From: Octopus sinensis
Lineage: Eukaryota
Direction: 5' to 3'
Length of the DNA: 64,000 nucleotides
Assembly (NCBI RefSeq): GCF_006345805.1
Contig: NC_042998.1
Coordinates: 163,680,001-163,744,000 of the forward strand
A program made the position numbers and the translations under genes. The notes beneath the pieces are model-generated. The model saw nothing but the letters and a program-made list of their open reading frames with translations, did no database searches and had not been told where the DNA came from. Shown piece by piece: positions 40,659 through 53,045 of the stretch (positions are counted from its first letter, which is position 1; each line of letters opens with the position of its first letter).

Positions 40659-40791
40659 ACCATCAAGGTAGCCTCCTCACAATACAGTTAAGGAACCTGT
40701 TATTGTTACCTGTTTGGCCAAAAGTCACCTGACAGTAAATCAAAACCATTTAATTCCAAGATTTATTTATGTTTAACAACTGAATGAATTT

Positions 40792-40797
40792 AATAAA
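40792..40797 (+). promoter_or_regulatory. Candidate polyadenylation signal (AATAAA) of gene 1
   Basis: Canonical hexamer about 135 nt after the predicted stop; AT-rich DNA makes chance hits common. Confidence 0.35.
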
Positions 40798-40959
40798 AGC
40801 ATCCAAATATGAAACATCATGAAAATTGTTCAAACTGAAGTCCTTCTTGAGCAACACATTTTTCCATTCGATTCGATACAGAGTTACAGATAGTATTTAT
40901 GGAATTTTGATTTACTGTCAGGTGACCTTTTGTTTCTTTACTGCCCTCAAGGGGCCACA

Positions 40960-41160
40960 CACAGAAGGGACAAACAAAGACAGATAAATGGATTAAGTCA
41001 AGTATAATGATCCCAGTGCATAACTAGTACTTATTTAATCGACCCTGAAAGGATGAGGGGAAAGTCGACCTCGGCAGAATTTGAACTCAGAACGTAGCGG
41101 CTGACGAAATACTCCTAAGCATTTCACCCAGAGTGCTAATGTTTTTGCCATCTCGCTGCC
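40960..41160 (-). mobile_element. Third SINE family (ctgagttcaaat..gaggtcgact..catcctttc.gggtcgat)
   Basis: Related copies at about 21385-21545, 21855-21995, 44005-44215, 60990-61160 and 61190-61380. Confidence 0.75.
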
Positions 41161-41787
41161 TTTGTCAGGTGACCTTTGACCAACCCTGTATCTACACGAC
41201 AGGCTTCTTTCAGTTTCTATCCACCAAATCCACTCACAAGGTTTAGTTGGCCCGAGGCTATAGTAGAAGACACTTGCCCAAGGTGTCATGCAGCGGGACT
41301 GAACCCAGAACCATGTGGTTGAGAAGCAAGCTTCTTACCACACACCCACACTGGCACCTCCTTAATAATAAATCATTTCAGTCATGTTTGACCTAAGACT
41401 TAGCAACAGTCAAAGATCTGTATTGCAGCGTGAATTCTACACTATTTTTGGCAAAGGTACTTAACCACTAAAGGACAATCCACTTAATGTAAATATGTTC
41501 TATGTACTGTGGGATACAAATAAGATGATTTTTTTTTTCCAAACGCTGAATTTCCATTAGAACAGCAGAATTTTTTTTTTTCTTCTTTGTAAGGGTAATT
41601 TACCCAGTATTTCTACTGTTCTAACAGCAATTCTGCATTAAAAAAAAAGAAAAGACATCATATTATTTGTATCGTACAAAACACATTTCAATGTTTATAA
41701 AAAAGAAATGTTAGTTGTTAATATTTATATACATGTAGTTGTTCATTAGCTACTTAGCATCTAAAATTGGGGATGAATTTGCCAGCA

Positions 41788-41859
41788 GGCAGTTTAGCTT
41801 AATGGTAAAGCACTCTGCTGGGGTCTTGAGGGATGTGGGTCTGAGTCCTATGGCTGTTT
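41788..41859 (+). pseudogene. tRNA-sized degenerate tRNA-like sequence (pseudogene or solo SINE head)
   Basis: D-arm GCTT-AATGGTA-AAGC, B-box-like GGTCTGAGTCC, partial acceptor pairing; anticodon and T stems broken. Confidence 0.4.
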
Positions 41860-44329
41860 GTTGACAAATTTTTCTGCTTTGTAAGGGTGATTTGATCAGT
41901 ATTTCTGCCATTCTAACGACACTCTGCATTCAAAAAAAAAAAGAAAATATTGTCTTATCTCTATCATATAATACACATTTTGATGCTCATAAAAAACAAA
42001 TGCTAGTTTATTTATATTTATATACACATTGTTATATGTACATTTATATTTTGTATATTTATATACACATAATTCTATGTGACTGAAAATGCAAGTACAG
42101 TATCAAAATACAGATAATCAAATTTTTGTTAATATTGTTATATCATTATTATTTGCTTTGCTTTAGAGGAAATACATATTTCCAGTAGCTCAATACTCTA
42201 AATTCCTGGTTTATTAAATGAAAGTTTATATACAGGCATGGCCGTGCGGTACGAAACTTGCTTCCCAACCACATGGTTTGAGGTTCAGTCTCACTGTGTG
42301 GTACCTTGGGCAAGTGTCTTCTACTATAGTTTTTGGCCAACCAAAGCCTTGTGAGTGGATTTAGTAGACAGAAATTGAAAGAAGCCTATACACACATGCA
42401 CACATATATATATGTATAGACATATATATACATATGTATATGTATATATGTATGTGTGCCTTTGTGTCTGTGTTTGTCCCTTCCCACCACTCCCACTGCT
42501 TGACATCCCTGTAACTTAGCAATTCAACAGAAGAAATCGATAGAATTAATACCAGGCTTTAAAAAGATAAATACTGAGGTCAAAGCATTCAACTAAAAAT
42601 TCTTCAAGGCAGTGCCCTAGCATGGCCGCAGTCTAAAATATAAAAGATACAGCTGTAGCTCATCATCTTAGGCTCTTTCTCCGTATCAATAACCTGTCCA
42701 TATGCTTAGTCTCTCTATATAATATTAGTCATGGGTTGCTCTCATCCATTGATTCCTATCCTGGGCTGTTCCGCAACTGCAAATAGAGAGGAAATATAAT
42801 TCTGTTTACCTAAAGCTACTGTCATTATTTATTCATTTTTCTCCCTAACTACAAGAATGACCTTATTTTAACAGTGCTTCAAATTCCTTCATATCTCAGG
42901 TTATAACAGTCAATAGCTTAGCTAGGAGAGGAGAGACAAAGGGGTTTCTGCTTTGGATGATACTTTTAATGGGGATGGCACTTTTGGGTCTGCTGTATAA
43001 GCTTATATAGGAGGCACAGATTGTGGGGTGGGTGACACATGCAGTAGCTACAGCACTGACATCAGTTATTCTTCCAACTATCAGGTTTTTAGCATAGACC
43101 TTATTATATAAAGGAAGTTATTAGCTCTTTCTGCAGGATGTTTGACCTGTTATGTTTGATAAAACGAGTTTGATCCCTGATCAAATAAGACAGCAAGTAA
43201 TCATAAGAAATGAAAACACACAAATAACTCTTTACTCCTTCACATCCAGAAAATATAGTTTAAGCATTAGAATTTGTATCTCAAAATTCTCATATTCTCT
43301 GATTGAAAGCATTCTTCTTTTGAAATATTTCAGAAACTGTAGGTCAAGTGTGGGTTACAAATTCTCTTTGTTATATATTTGGTAAGAATTCCGAAATAAT
43401 AAAATAATGGTTAAAGATGATAGGAAAAGTTACAAGTTTCCAGACATTATAAGACAAATATATGAAGTCATTTTCTGCTGCTGCCAATTTTGTCCTGTTC
43501 AGTGAGAATAGAATTATTGATGATCTTTTAATATTCTTGAATATTTTACTGGCGAGGCTAATATTTTATATATGTCCAACCAACTTGCTTTTGTTTATTC
43601 AGAAACTTTCATGAAATCATTAGTTTATCAACTATGAATGTAGAAATGTAACATAAATGGTTGGCATCTCTTACTGTATTAAGAGATGCTTTAGTTTTAA
43701 TTTTTGGTGGATTTATTGTATGCAGATTCTTTAGTAATACATTTGAAACTGCACTCCATTGGCCCCTGTAACTCATAAATCATAAAATATATTCACAGTC
43801 TGCTTTTCTTCTCCATGACATATGATGCAGCTATTCTTTAATTTTTCAGTTCTTTGAAGCTGTTTAGTTAATCTTAGTAATAACCCATTATCACTTCACT
43901 ATATGACCCAGTCTAGTTATGAACAAATTGAACTGCAGCTATTTTGAGAAATTTAATCTGCTTTTTTAATAATAGTAATAACAACGATGATGATGATGAT
44001 GATAATGATAATTTCAACTATAGGCCCAAGGCCTGAATCTTCGGAGTGGAGGCTAATCATTTACATCAACCCTAGTACTTGACTGGTGCTTATTTCATCA
44101 ACCCTGAAAAGCAATGTCAACTTTGGTGGAACTTAAACTCAGAATGTAAAGGTGTATGAAATGCTGTTAAGCATTTTGCCAGGCATGGTAACAATTTTGC
44201 TAGCTCAGTCCCTTAACAAAAAAGAATACATCAGGAACATATAGAACAATGCAATGTGGGCTTACATAAAAATCATATAAAATGTAGAAAAACAATATAC
44301 ATTCTAACAATGAATAATTCCCCCAAAGA

Positions 44330-45590
44330 GTGAGACTCCTAGGGCTGCTTGTGGAAAACCCGCAAAATCACATTCACCTAGACCATCAGAGCAAATGCCT
44401 TTACCACTTCCTTTTCCTTCTCTCAATTGACTCATGTTTGGAGTAGGCCCATTCACTCAGACCATTCTTGTCACATTCACCCACCTTTCAACAAAGTTGC
44501 TGAAAGCTAACATTTTCTTCTCTACTCTCACTTTCCTTTTCAAGTGAAACTTTAAAAAGTAGATGAGGGCTTTGCCAAAAAAGAAAGTATGTGTTCCAGT
44601 CCTTTCAATCTAGTCCACCACACAACCTCTTTCACTAAGGCTACCAAATAGACAGTGCCTGCCTTTCCTGGCCAAAGGAAAGAGGTGGGACAATTTGCTC
44701 AATGGTCTCAGTCAATAGCTGGATTCACCATACACTTAACAATGCTCAGGCTCTGGACAACAGATTGCAGAATTGTTTCATTGCTCTGTGCATTTCTCAG
44801 GCAAGCCCAGCTGATGGCACTTCCATGCTTATAGAGTTTACCCTGAACCAGCAATGCCCCTTGGTAGCACTGCCAGGAAAAGGATTTCCGGAAATTATCC
44901 TTGGGCCCTGACATGAAAGTCCTCTGGAAGAGACCAGTCAGTTGTTTCTTGTTAGCATCTACCCAAAGACATTGTTTCACTACCTTGGCCAAAATTTTGA
45001 AATTTGCATTTAGAAGAGCTATGGGCCTAAGATTTTCTATTTGATGTCCCGTGTTTAGGTCCTTTCTTACCAGTGTCACTGCCCCTCAACTCACAGAACT
45101 AGGAATTCTCCTACTTTGCTGCATGTTGCTGTAGATATGTGCTAAGAGTCCTCCAAGCAAGTCTGGCATAAAGAAGTAAAGCTCATAGGACAAATCATCC
45201 AGTTTTAAAATGTGGGAATCTTATGCTCTCTTTATCTATAGGTCTACAGAAAACTCTGCTTATATACGACCCAGGCATGTTCAAGAAATACAGTCAGTAT
45301 CTGTCAGACAATTGGACATGTTTGAGCAGGTTTTTGAGGCTTTTGACCCTGCCTCTTTTAACAGCTAGCCCCAAACAATTTAAATGTGCATCAAAGATGT
45401 CATTCAAGTCATCTAGTAACACTAAGGAGCAAGCATTGCCAGCTGAACCTCTGGATGTCTAAAGAAATCCAGCTGCCCTGCAATTATCAGAGTATAAATA
45501 GCCACCAGTCTGAAAGTTCCCCCATCGCTACTGTTCACATCCAGAATAACCATCTTACCTCCTGGGTCCAGGAAGATATGATAATAAGAG
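44330..45590 (-). mobile_element. Decayed L1/Tx1-clade LINE (endonuclease and RT fragments)
   Basis: Track ORF 44708-45079: TLVRK...IENLRPIALLNANFKILAKV; 45422-45590: VILDV...FRLVAIY...DFF. Confidence 0.8.
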
Positions 45591-45641
45591 TAATTGTAAA
45601 ATGATAATAATAATAATGATAATAATAATAATAATAATAAT

Positions 45642-45860
45642 ATAACAGTGCCTACTGATAGAAACATTTCAGCCAAGGAATCTGAAAAACTACTGAAATG
45701 TAAGGACCTTGAGATATCAAGGACATGACAATTAAAAACCAAAGCCATCCCTGATGTTGTAGGGGCCCTGGGAATGATCAAGAAAAGTACTGACAAATTT
45801 TTGACCAAATCCCAAGGAAACCAACAATCTGTGAGACAGAAAAAAACTGTGTTTTCTCCA
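45642..45860 (+). mobile_element. Fragment of R4/Dong-like non-LTR element (restriction-like endonuclease C-terminus) joined to (AAT)n
   Basis: ITVPTDRNISAKESEKLLKCKDLEISRT*QLKTKAIPDVVGALGMIKK matches the VP.D.N..KE.EK..KY.DL..W..P.V.GALG pattern; TGA lies at the conserved W. Confidence 0.75.
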
Positions 45861-45969
45861 TTTAATATATATATATATGTTCTCCTGGGGCTACAAGCTA
45901 CAGTAACACCCACCCTTAGTGGTTAGCCATATTGAGATGGCAAATATACCTCACACATATATATATATA

Positions 45970-46200
45970 CATAGTTAATCCAAACATGAACCAAGAGAAA
46001 ACACAACAACGCGAGGACGGGGAACAAGTGTAGTGTTAATGGACACTCAGAAAAGGAAAGAAAGAAGGAGGATTTAATGTTTCGAGCGGAGCTCTTCATC
46101 AGAGACATAGGAAAAGAGAAGGTCCAAGGAAGGGAAGATGGAGAAAGAAAATCGCCAACGATACGCATGCGGTCACTTATTGAAATGACCAGAAGGGAAT
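45970..46200 (-). mobile_element. PLE-type terminal repeat with minimal hammerhead-like motif (46071-46106)
   Basis: Minus strand CTGATGA-A-GAGC(TCC)GCTC-GAAA-CATTA; core intact, stems I and III damaged. Confidence 0.55.
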
Positions 46201-47183
46201 GGGTGAAGAAAGAGTTCTTTCAATATATATATATAAAGGTTCTCTTCATCTAATATATATATATATGCCTTAGGTCTCTGGCTGAGATCCAGTAGGAAGA
46301 TGAAATGAAACGCAAATCAATCGGAAAATAATAATAATAATAATAATAATAATGATAAAGTATCACCACATCTACTTTTCTCTGCTTGCATGAGCCAGAC
46401 AAAATTCACTGGAGCCAATATCTTCAGCCAAATGCTCTTTCTGTCACCAAACCATACCTGTTTCCATGAAAAGTAGTATTTTTGCCCTAGTCCAGATATA
46501 TTTTCTTGGAAGATTGCAAACAACACCACTTAATTGGCAGTAATGTTTACTTAATATTAGCACATGGTTCCGAGAATATACCATACTAAAATTTGAGGTC
46601 ATACTTTAAATTTTCCATAAGTGTGGAATTCTGTAACCAGAATTTCCAAAACACAAACTTCCTTGTGCACATTGAATATAGTTGTATTACTTTATCTTGC
46701 TAACACATACATACCAACGTACAGAAAAAATATATTTATACTATTACATTAATATGTATATATACATGCTTATATAAATATATGTATGCATGTTTATACA
46801 TAGTCATATATATATATAACCATACACGCTTGTGTGTGTATATATATATATGTGTGTATATGTATACATATATATATATATGTATATATATGTGTGTGTG
46901 TGTATATATATATATAAATTTAAGTAATAAGGGTAAAAAATTGAATATTAATTTTATTAATGTCAATTTTAAACCAGTGGCCTAGCATATTGAAAACTCT
47001 GATGATTCAGAAAACTATGTATGTAATATATGTATATATATGTACATATATATATATATGGATACATATGTATGTATATATACATATATATGTATAACAG
47101 TAAGATAACAAAAGAAAGAAACCTCAATATTATGTAAATAGAGGAAATTTATCTGTAAATTAATATGTGACAATTATTCGGTA

Positions 47184-47253
47184 GCCAACATAAAACTCTG
47201 AGTTTCGGATTCCGAGGTGGAAATCCACAACACCATCTCTTCGGTTATTTGGC
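47184..47253 (-). ncRNA. Hammerhead-like fold with atypical CCGAAGA core, in a PLE-type terminal repeat (about 47096-47385)
   Basis: Stem I GCCAAATAA/TTAT(G)TTGGC, core CCGAAGA, extended stem II, GAAA, palindromic stem III ACTC-A-GAGT, triplet GUU. Confidence 0.6.
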
Positions 47254-47601
47254 CATCTGAAAAACGCTATGAAAAAAGACCGTTATACAAAGGGAAATTA
47301 CTGTGTTATAGTCTGCTACTTATATAAAAGCGCTAATTCAATGACCGCTAATTAAAATAAGGTTAAAAGTTCATAGTAAACACGTAAGCATGCCTGCTCA
47401 TACGCACACATGTGCGCTCACACACCCACATGCGTACGTAGACATCACTATGAAAAACGTACACATCTTCACTCGCATTTTTCGCCAAATGTATATGCAC
47501 ATATATACAAACTCATACACACACACGCACACTGTAAAAGTTCATACCTACACCTACATATGCACAAGCACAAGAAAAGACATATATATATATATATACA
47601 T

Positions 47602-47662
<61 letters not shown>

Positions 47663-47671
47663 TGTGTGTGC

Positions 47672-47717
<46 letters not shown>

Positions 47718-48216
47718 ATGTATATATATATGTATGTATATATGTGTGTATGTATATATATGTATGTGTGTATATAAATATATACATAGATATATATATA
47801 ATGTAAGTACACACAGACAAACACACAACTTGATAAGCCTAGAGCTATTCAAAATTCTCTCGGATATATTTCTTGCTGGAAGGTAAAACTACATCTTCTT
47901 GATAATGTCATTATTGTTGTTGTTATTGGTGGCAGTGGTGCTGGTGGTGTTTGTACTTTGCTCATCGTCTCATGACTAATACTAGTAGTTAATGATTGCT
48001 ATCACCATCTTCATTGTCATAAAATCCATTTCACTTTCTGCCCTGTTTAGTTGAGCTGGTTAGTTCTGCAGGCTTCCATTTTCATTCTAACTCAGATCTG
48101 GATCATTTCATCAGTGAAACAGATCTTGTGGAGAGACTGTTTTAGTTGCTGCATTCTATGCTGTCGTTTGATTTCCTACTCCCCTCATCTACTTCCTCCT
48201 CCTTCTCCTCCTCCTC

Positions 48217-48258
<42 letters not shown>

Positions 48259-48369
48259 TTACCACTTCTACTACCACTAATAATAATACTACTACTACTA
48301 CAAGGTAATCTTTAAATGGTCATTTGATCTGCTAGCCATAGCAGCCAAACCCCTCTGTAACATCTTTAA

Positions 48370-48590
48370 CCCTTTAGTGTTCACATTATTCTGCCAAAAT
48401 TAATGCTTTTTTATCCACATTGTTTTGAATTAATCATGCATTATCTTGTAACTATGAGATTTTGATGAGGTAACTGTTAATTTTAAAGATGATATTGTAG
48501 GGCTGGTGTGAGAGACCAGATCTGGTCATTTTGAACATAAAACAGGCAGAATACTTTTGGCCGGATATGGCCAGTTTAAATGCTAAAGGG
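48370..48590. mobile_element. piggyBac-type MITE (221 bp)
   Basis: TTAA|CCCTTTAG...CTAAAGGG|TTAA: TTAA target duplication and CCC/GGG termini. Confidence 0.85.
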
Positions 48591-49261
48591 TTAAAAAGAT
48601 GTGTGTATGTGTGTTATAAAAGATGTGTTTATGTGTGTTATAAAGTGATTCAAAAATGGAGTGAAGTGAACAATGTGATTAAAGAGTACAGGAACAAGCT
48701 CCTCCAAGTCAGACATGTTACAAGGTTCACAGACAACAGTTGGACCCATGCAATTTCTGAGTAGTTTCCAAAAGAAATTAAATTGCCGCTTGGAAGGCCT
48801 ACATAACAATGGGAAGATGATTTGATCAAGCAATTTGCATCAAGATAGAAAAGAATGCTACAATCAAATCAAAAATTGGAAGCACATTGTGACCAGTGGT
48901 GTATATATATATTTCATTTTGTCTGTTTTCATCTTTGTCCCTCATCCCCCCACGAGTAGTCTTGTCTTCGATCACATTTATTCATGTTTGTATGTCCACT
49001 TTCTGTATTGCATATCTATTCATTTCTTATTTGTTTGTTCACTTTCTGTCATGTTTGGTCTCTTGTTTGTTGGCTCATCATTTCACAGCGGCTTCTTGCT
49101 GCCGGCACCACCAGAAGGGGATCAATATTTTTGTTGAAGGTGCAAAATTGTCTTTGACCATCTGGCCATTAACTGAGGGGTATTTGGTGACCTGAGTCTG
49201 CTTTCCATTTGTTTGTGCATTTATTATGTTTTTAACTGACATACACACACACACATATATA

Positions 49262-49955
49262 TATATAGTTGAAATTTACTGTAAAACAAAAGACAAAGAC
49301 AGGTGTATGAACAACAAGTAGGTGTATTAGTTTGATGCTCGGGAAAGTGAGAAAGTCTTTCATGTTTTGAGCCTACACTCTTCCACAGAAAGGAATAATA
49401 GAAAATAAACAGAGACAGAATAAAAAACTTGTGGATTTAGCGATCAAGCATGCCGGCTGGTTGGGAAAAAAAGGTTTGAGAGGAGAGGTGGAAAGAAGGG
49501 GAGATAATAAAGTATTGGTGATCCCAAAACAAAGGTGCGTGTGCATGTATGTGTATGTGAGAATGTCTGTGTGTGGATAGGTGCTTGTGACTTTGTTGTG
49601 TGGATGTGTACGTCTGTAATGTGTGAGTGTGTGGATGATGGTGCGTGGGTGTGTGGATGATGGTGTGTGGGTGTGCAGATGATGCTGTGGTGTTGATGCT
49701 GGGAAGTGGTCAGTGTTAGCATGCGTGGAGGGGTGAGGTGGTGTAGGATGGGGTGAGGATGTAAGTGTGAGGCGGAGGTGTTGGAGCAGGGTTCAGCTAT
49801 GTGGGTGTGGGGGGTCATTCTTGTAGTTAGGGAGAAAAAGAAATAAATAATGACAGTAGCTTTAGGTAAACAGAATTATATTTCCTCTCTATTTGCAGTT
49901 GTGTAACAGCACAAGATAGGAATCAATGGATGAGAGCAAACCATGACTAATATGT
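49262..49955 (-). mobile_element. Degenerate PLE 3' fragment (ORF end, C-rich UTR, terminal repeat)
   Basis: 49815-49955 is the reverse complement of 42725-42870 (about 90% by eye); the distal end matches the 7493-7715 family. Confidence 0.45.
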
Positions 49956-49970
49956 ATATATATGTATATA

Positions 49971-50334
49971 CTTTATTTAAAAGCAGCAGAAATTTAACAA
50001 AAGCTTTTACTGGGAGTTTTACGTTCCCGTTCGTCGGACAGTTTTGTTAAAATAGAACTGAGGTGACAATTCTATCAAGACTAGTATAAACGTTACACCT
50101 TTAAAAATGGATTTGTTTGATTGGTCCTTTCAAAATGCGAAACAAATCACACTGTTGGATTGTTTCGCATTTTGAAAGGACCAATCAAACAAATCTATTT
50201 TTAAAGATGTAATGTTTATACTAGTCTTGATAGAATTGTCACCTCAGTTCTATTTTAACAAAACTGTCCAACAAACGGGAACGTGAAACTAAGAGTAACA
50301 GCTTTTGTTAAATTTCTGCTGCTTTTAAATAAAG
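49971..50334. repeat. Long inverted repeat (arms of about 178 bp, 9-nt loop, about 94% identity) made of two opposed PLE-type terminal repeats, each with a decayed hammerhead
   Basis: Arms 49971-50148 and 50158-50334 differ by 10 substitutions and 1 indel (counted by eye); the right copy continues to about 50406. Confidence 0.93.
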
Positions 50335-50808
50335 GATATTACTCTACCTCTGGTATTTGAGTACTCTTTTTTCCACCTTGTTTCACATTTATGTGTTTAC
50401 TCCGGTATATATGTATATATATATATATGTGTGTGTGAGTGTGTGTGTGTGTGTATGTATATTCATATGTATATAATATGTATAGATATATGCATATATA
50501 TATATGTATGTATATGTATATATATGTATGTATATATACATGTGTATATATATGTATATGTATGTATATGTGTATATATGTATATATATATATGTGTATA
50601 TATATGTATATCATCATCATCATCATCGTGTGTATATATGTAAATACATATATATACATGTATATATGTATACACATACATATATATATATATACATATA
50701 TATACATATATATGTGTGTATATATATCTCTCTCTATATATATATGTGTGTGTATATATATAATATGTATGTATATATATATCTACATATATGTATGTAT
50801 ATAATATG

Positions 50809-50844
<36 letters not shown>

Positions 50845-50930
50845 TGCATGTATATGTGTATATATATATATATAATATGTATGTATGTGTATATATATAT
50901 ATATAATATGTATGTATATATATATATTTA

Positions 50931-50987
<57 letters not shown>

Positions 50988-52357
50988 GTGTGTATATATG
51001 TCTACATGCTACTTTGATAGAGCATCTTGAGAAGGAAAGATAAGTAGATCCTGTTATCCCAATGGTGATGTCAGTCTTCATTTCAAGCTGCTGGAAAGTC
51101 ATGGAACCTAATTTCACAACCTCACTAAATATATACAGGCATACAAATTTGACTCCTCATAGTATTTATTCAAATAATATATTTATATCAGTTTGGTTCT
51201 AAAGGAATCTCTACTTGGTTGCTTAACTTGCTAAAAATAACACCCAAATCTTCCCTGCCATCTTAAAGAAAAAAAATCCACATGTATAGAAACAAGATCA
51301 TAAATGGAATTCTTTTAATTATAGGACTGCCTGATCAAGGCTGACCTGGGGTTAAACAACATGGTTCAGTTTTAGTCTTTACTTAATTACAGTTCTTTTT
51401 TTGGCAATAATACTGTGATCAACTGAAAGCATTTCAGTATGACAATCTGATATTTCCAAACTGAAAAACCTATTAAATTTCAGCATTATGACACTACACT
51501 GCCAATAGCTGTTAGATTTTTAACAAGCATCAATACTAGATATGACTTTCCTTCCTTCCTTCCTTCTCTTTATTTATTTACACACACCAATCTCTTTTCT
51601 TTCTCTACTCTCCTACAAACTCTGGTTGCCTGTAGAGAAATTCCAGAATCAGGCTGCTGTTTTTCAGCTATGGATAATAAAAGTGTCCTGCTGGAATCAA
51701 AACACAAATGTTTTCCACCACCACCACCAACCCCATTCACCCCCCTCTCTCTCTCTCCCTCTCACTCCCTCTTTCTCTCTCTCCTACTCTTCTTCAATAT
51801 TGATCTTCTAATATAATCTAATGATTTTTATATGAAAGAGAAGGATGTTTAATCTGAAAGTAAATGGACCAAAGCGGAGTTGTATTTATGGGTTGGTCAG
51901 CAAGCCAATTTGACATTTATAGCTGTCTTTTTTGGTTGTCTGCGGGAATATAATTGGGTGCAAGTCATTCTGTTGATGTGCACGTATTTATATGCCTATA
52001 GCTATCTCTCTATAGGTGTTTAGTTATTTCAATGGCTTGCATATTGTTTGTATGTGTGTGTGACTTGCCTTATTTATAATGGCATAGGGAGATGGCGTAC
52101 TTGCATTTATTCTTGTATGTGTACACTTGAAATGTGTATGCGTTGATTGTCGTCATTCTATTTTCTTTTTGATTTTTCTTGGGGTTTTTTTCCCCCCACT
52201 ACCTTGGGGGAAAAAGTCCATTTCCTTTTTAGAAAAGTAAAATCAGGAAAATACAGATAAAAAAAAAATGCAAAAAGGGACATCAAAATCATGACGAAGA
52301 AAAGTAAAAATAATAGCTTAGATTTCAATAAGGTCCCATATATTCATTCTGTCGTAC

Positions 52358-52400
<43 letters not shown>

Positions 52401-52818
52401 ATATATATATGTGTGTATGTATATATATATATGTATATATATGTATATGTATGTATATATATATATGTATATATATATATGTATGCGTATATATGTATAT
52501 ATATATATGTATGCATATGTATGTATATATATATATATATATGTATATATATGTATATATATATGTATGTGTATGTATGAATGTATATATATACATATAT
52601 ATATATATGTATGAATGTATATATGTGTATATATATACATACATACATACACACATGCACATACATACACACATACATGTACATATGTATATATATATGT
52701 TGTAACCATCAAAATCCTATTGAAATTGTAAAGACTTCTGCTATAGTATTGTTTGAATGCTTACACTTTCAGTCATTTCTCTCCTCCATACAATCCATTC
52801 AGCCAATCTGTTACCGTT

Positions 52819-53045
52819 TTAATTTGCATGCTTTTGCAATTGCACACAGCCGGCGGATATTTGTTGCAGCAGTGGCTGCTGCTCCACGCTTCTTTCTAAA
52901 TGCATTAATCTCATTTCTGACGACACATCTTTTTGCAGAATAGATGCGTGTCCTTTCTTCTTGCATCTGTCACCCTGTGGTCGTAACTGATCTTTCACAC
53001 TCTGTGTTTTTGCAAATACATCTAGCTGCTTGCAAGTGGAAGAAA
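52819..53045 (-). CDS. Gene 2 probable terminal exon (phase 1): (V)SSTCKQLDVFAKTQSVKDQLRPQGDRCKKKGHASILQKDVSSEMRLMHLERSVEQQPLLQQISAGCVQLQKHAN*
   Basis: Acceptor aatgttttcaatcag; 74 open codons to TAA; GC/CpG raised relative to flanks; phase matches the 59892-59930 exon. Product unidentified. Confidence 0.55.

Noticed and set aside
46463-46509. Minus-strand exon candidate NISGLGQKYYFSWKQ with CAG|gtatgg donor
   Set aside because: Relies on a rare AAG acceptor and lies downstream of the gene 2 stop, with no phase partner.
52850-52990. Plus-strand Cys-rich terminal exon PADICCSSGCC...CGRN* for gene 1
   Set aside because: Needs a weak donor at 39757 (gtgtgc). The same DNA has a longer minus-strand frame that links to two good minus-strand exons, and gene 1 has a better terminal exon at 40600. 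Not fully excluded.
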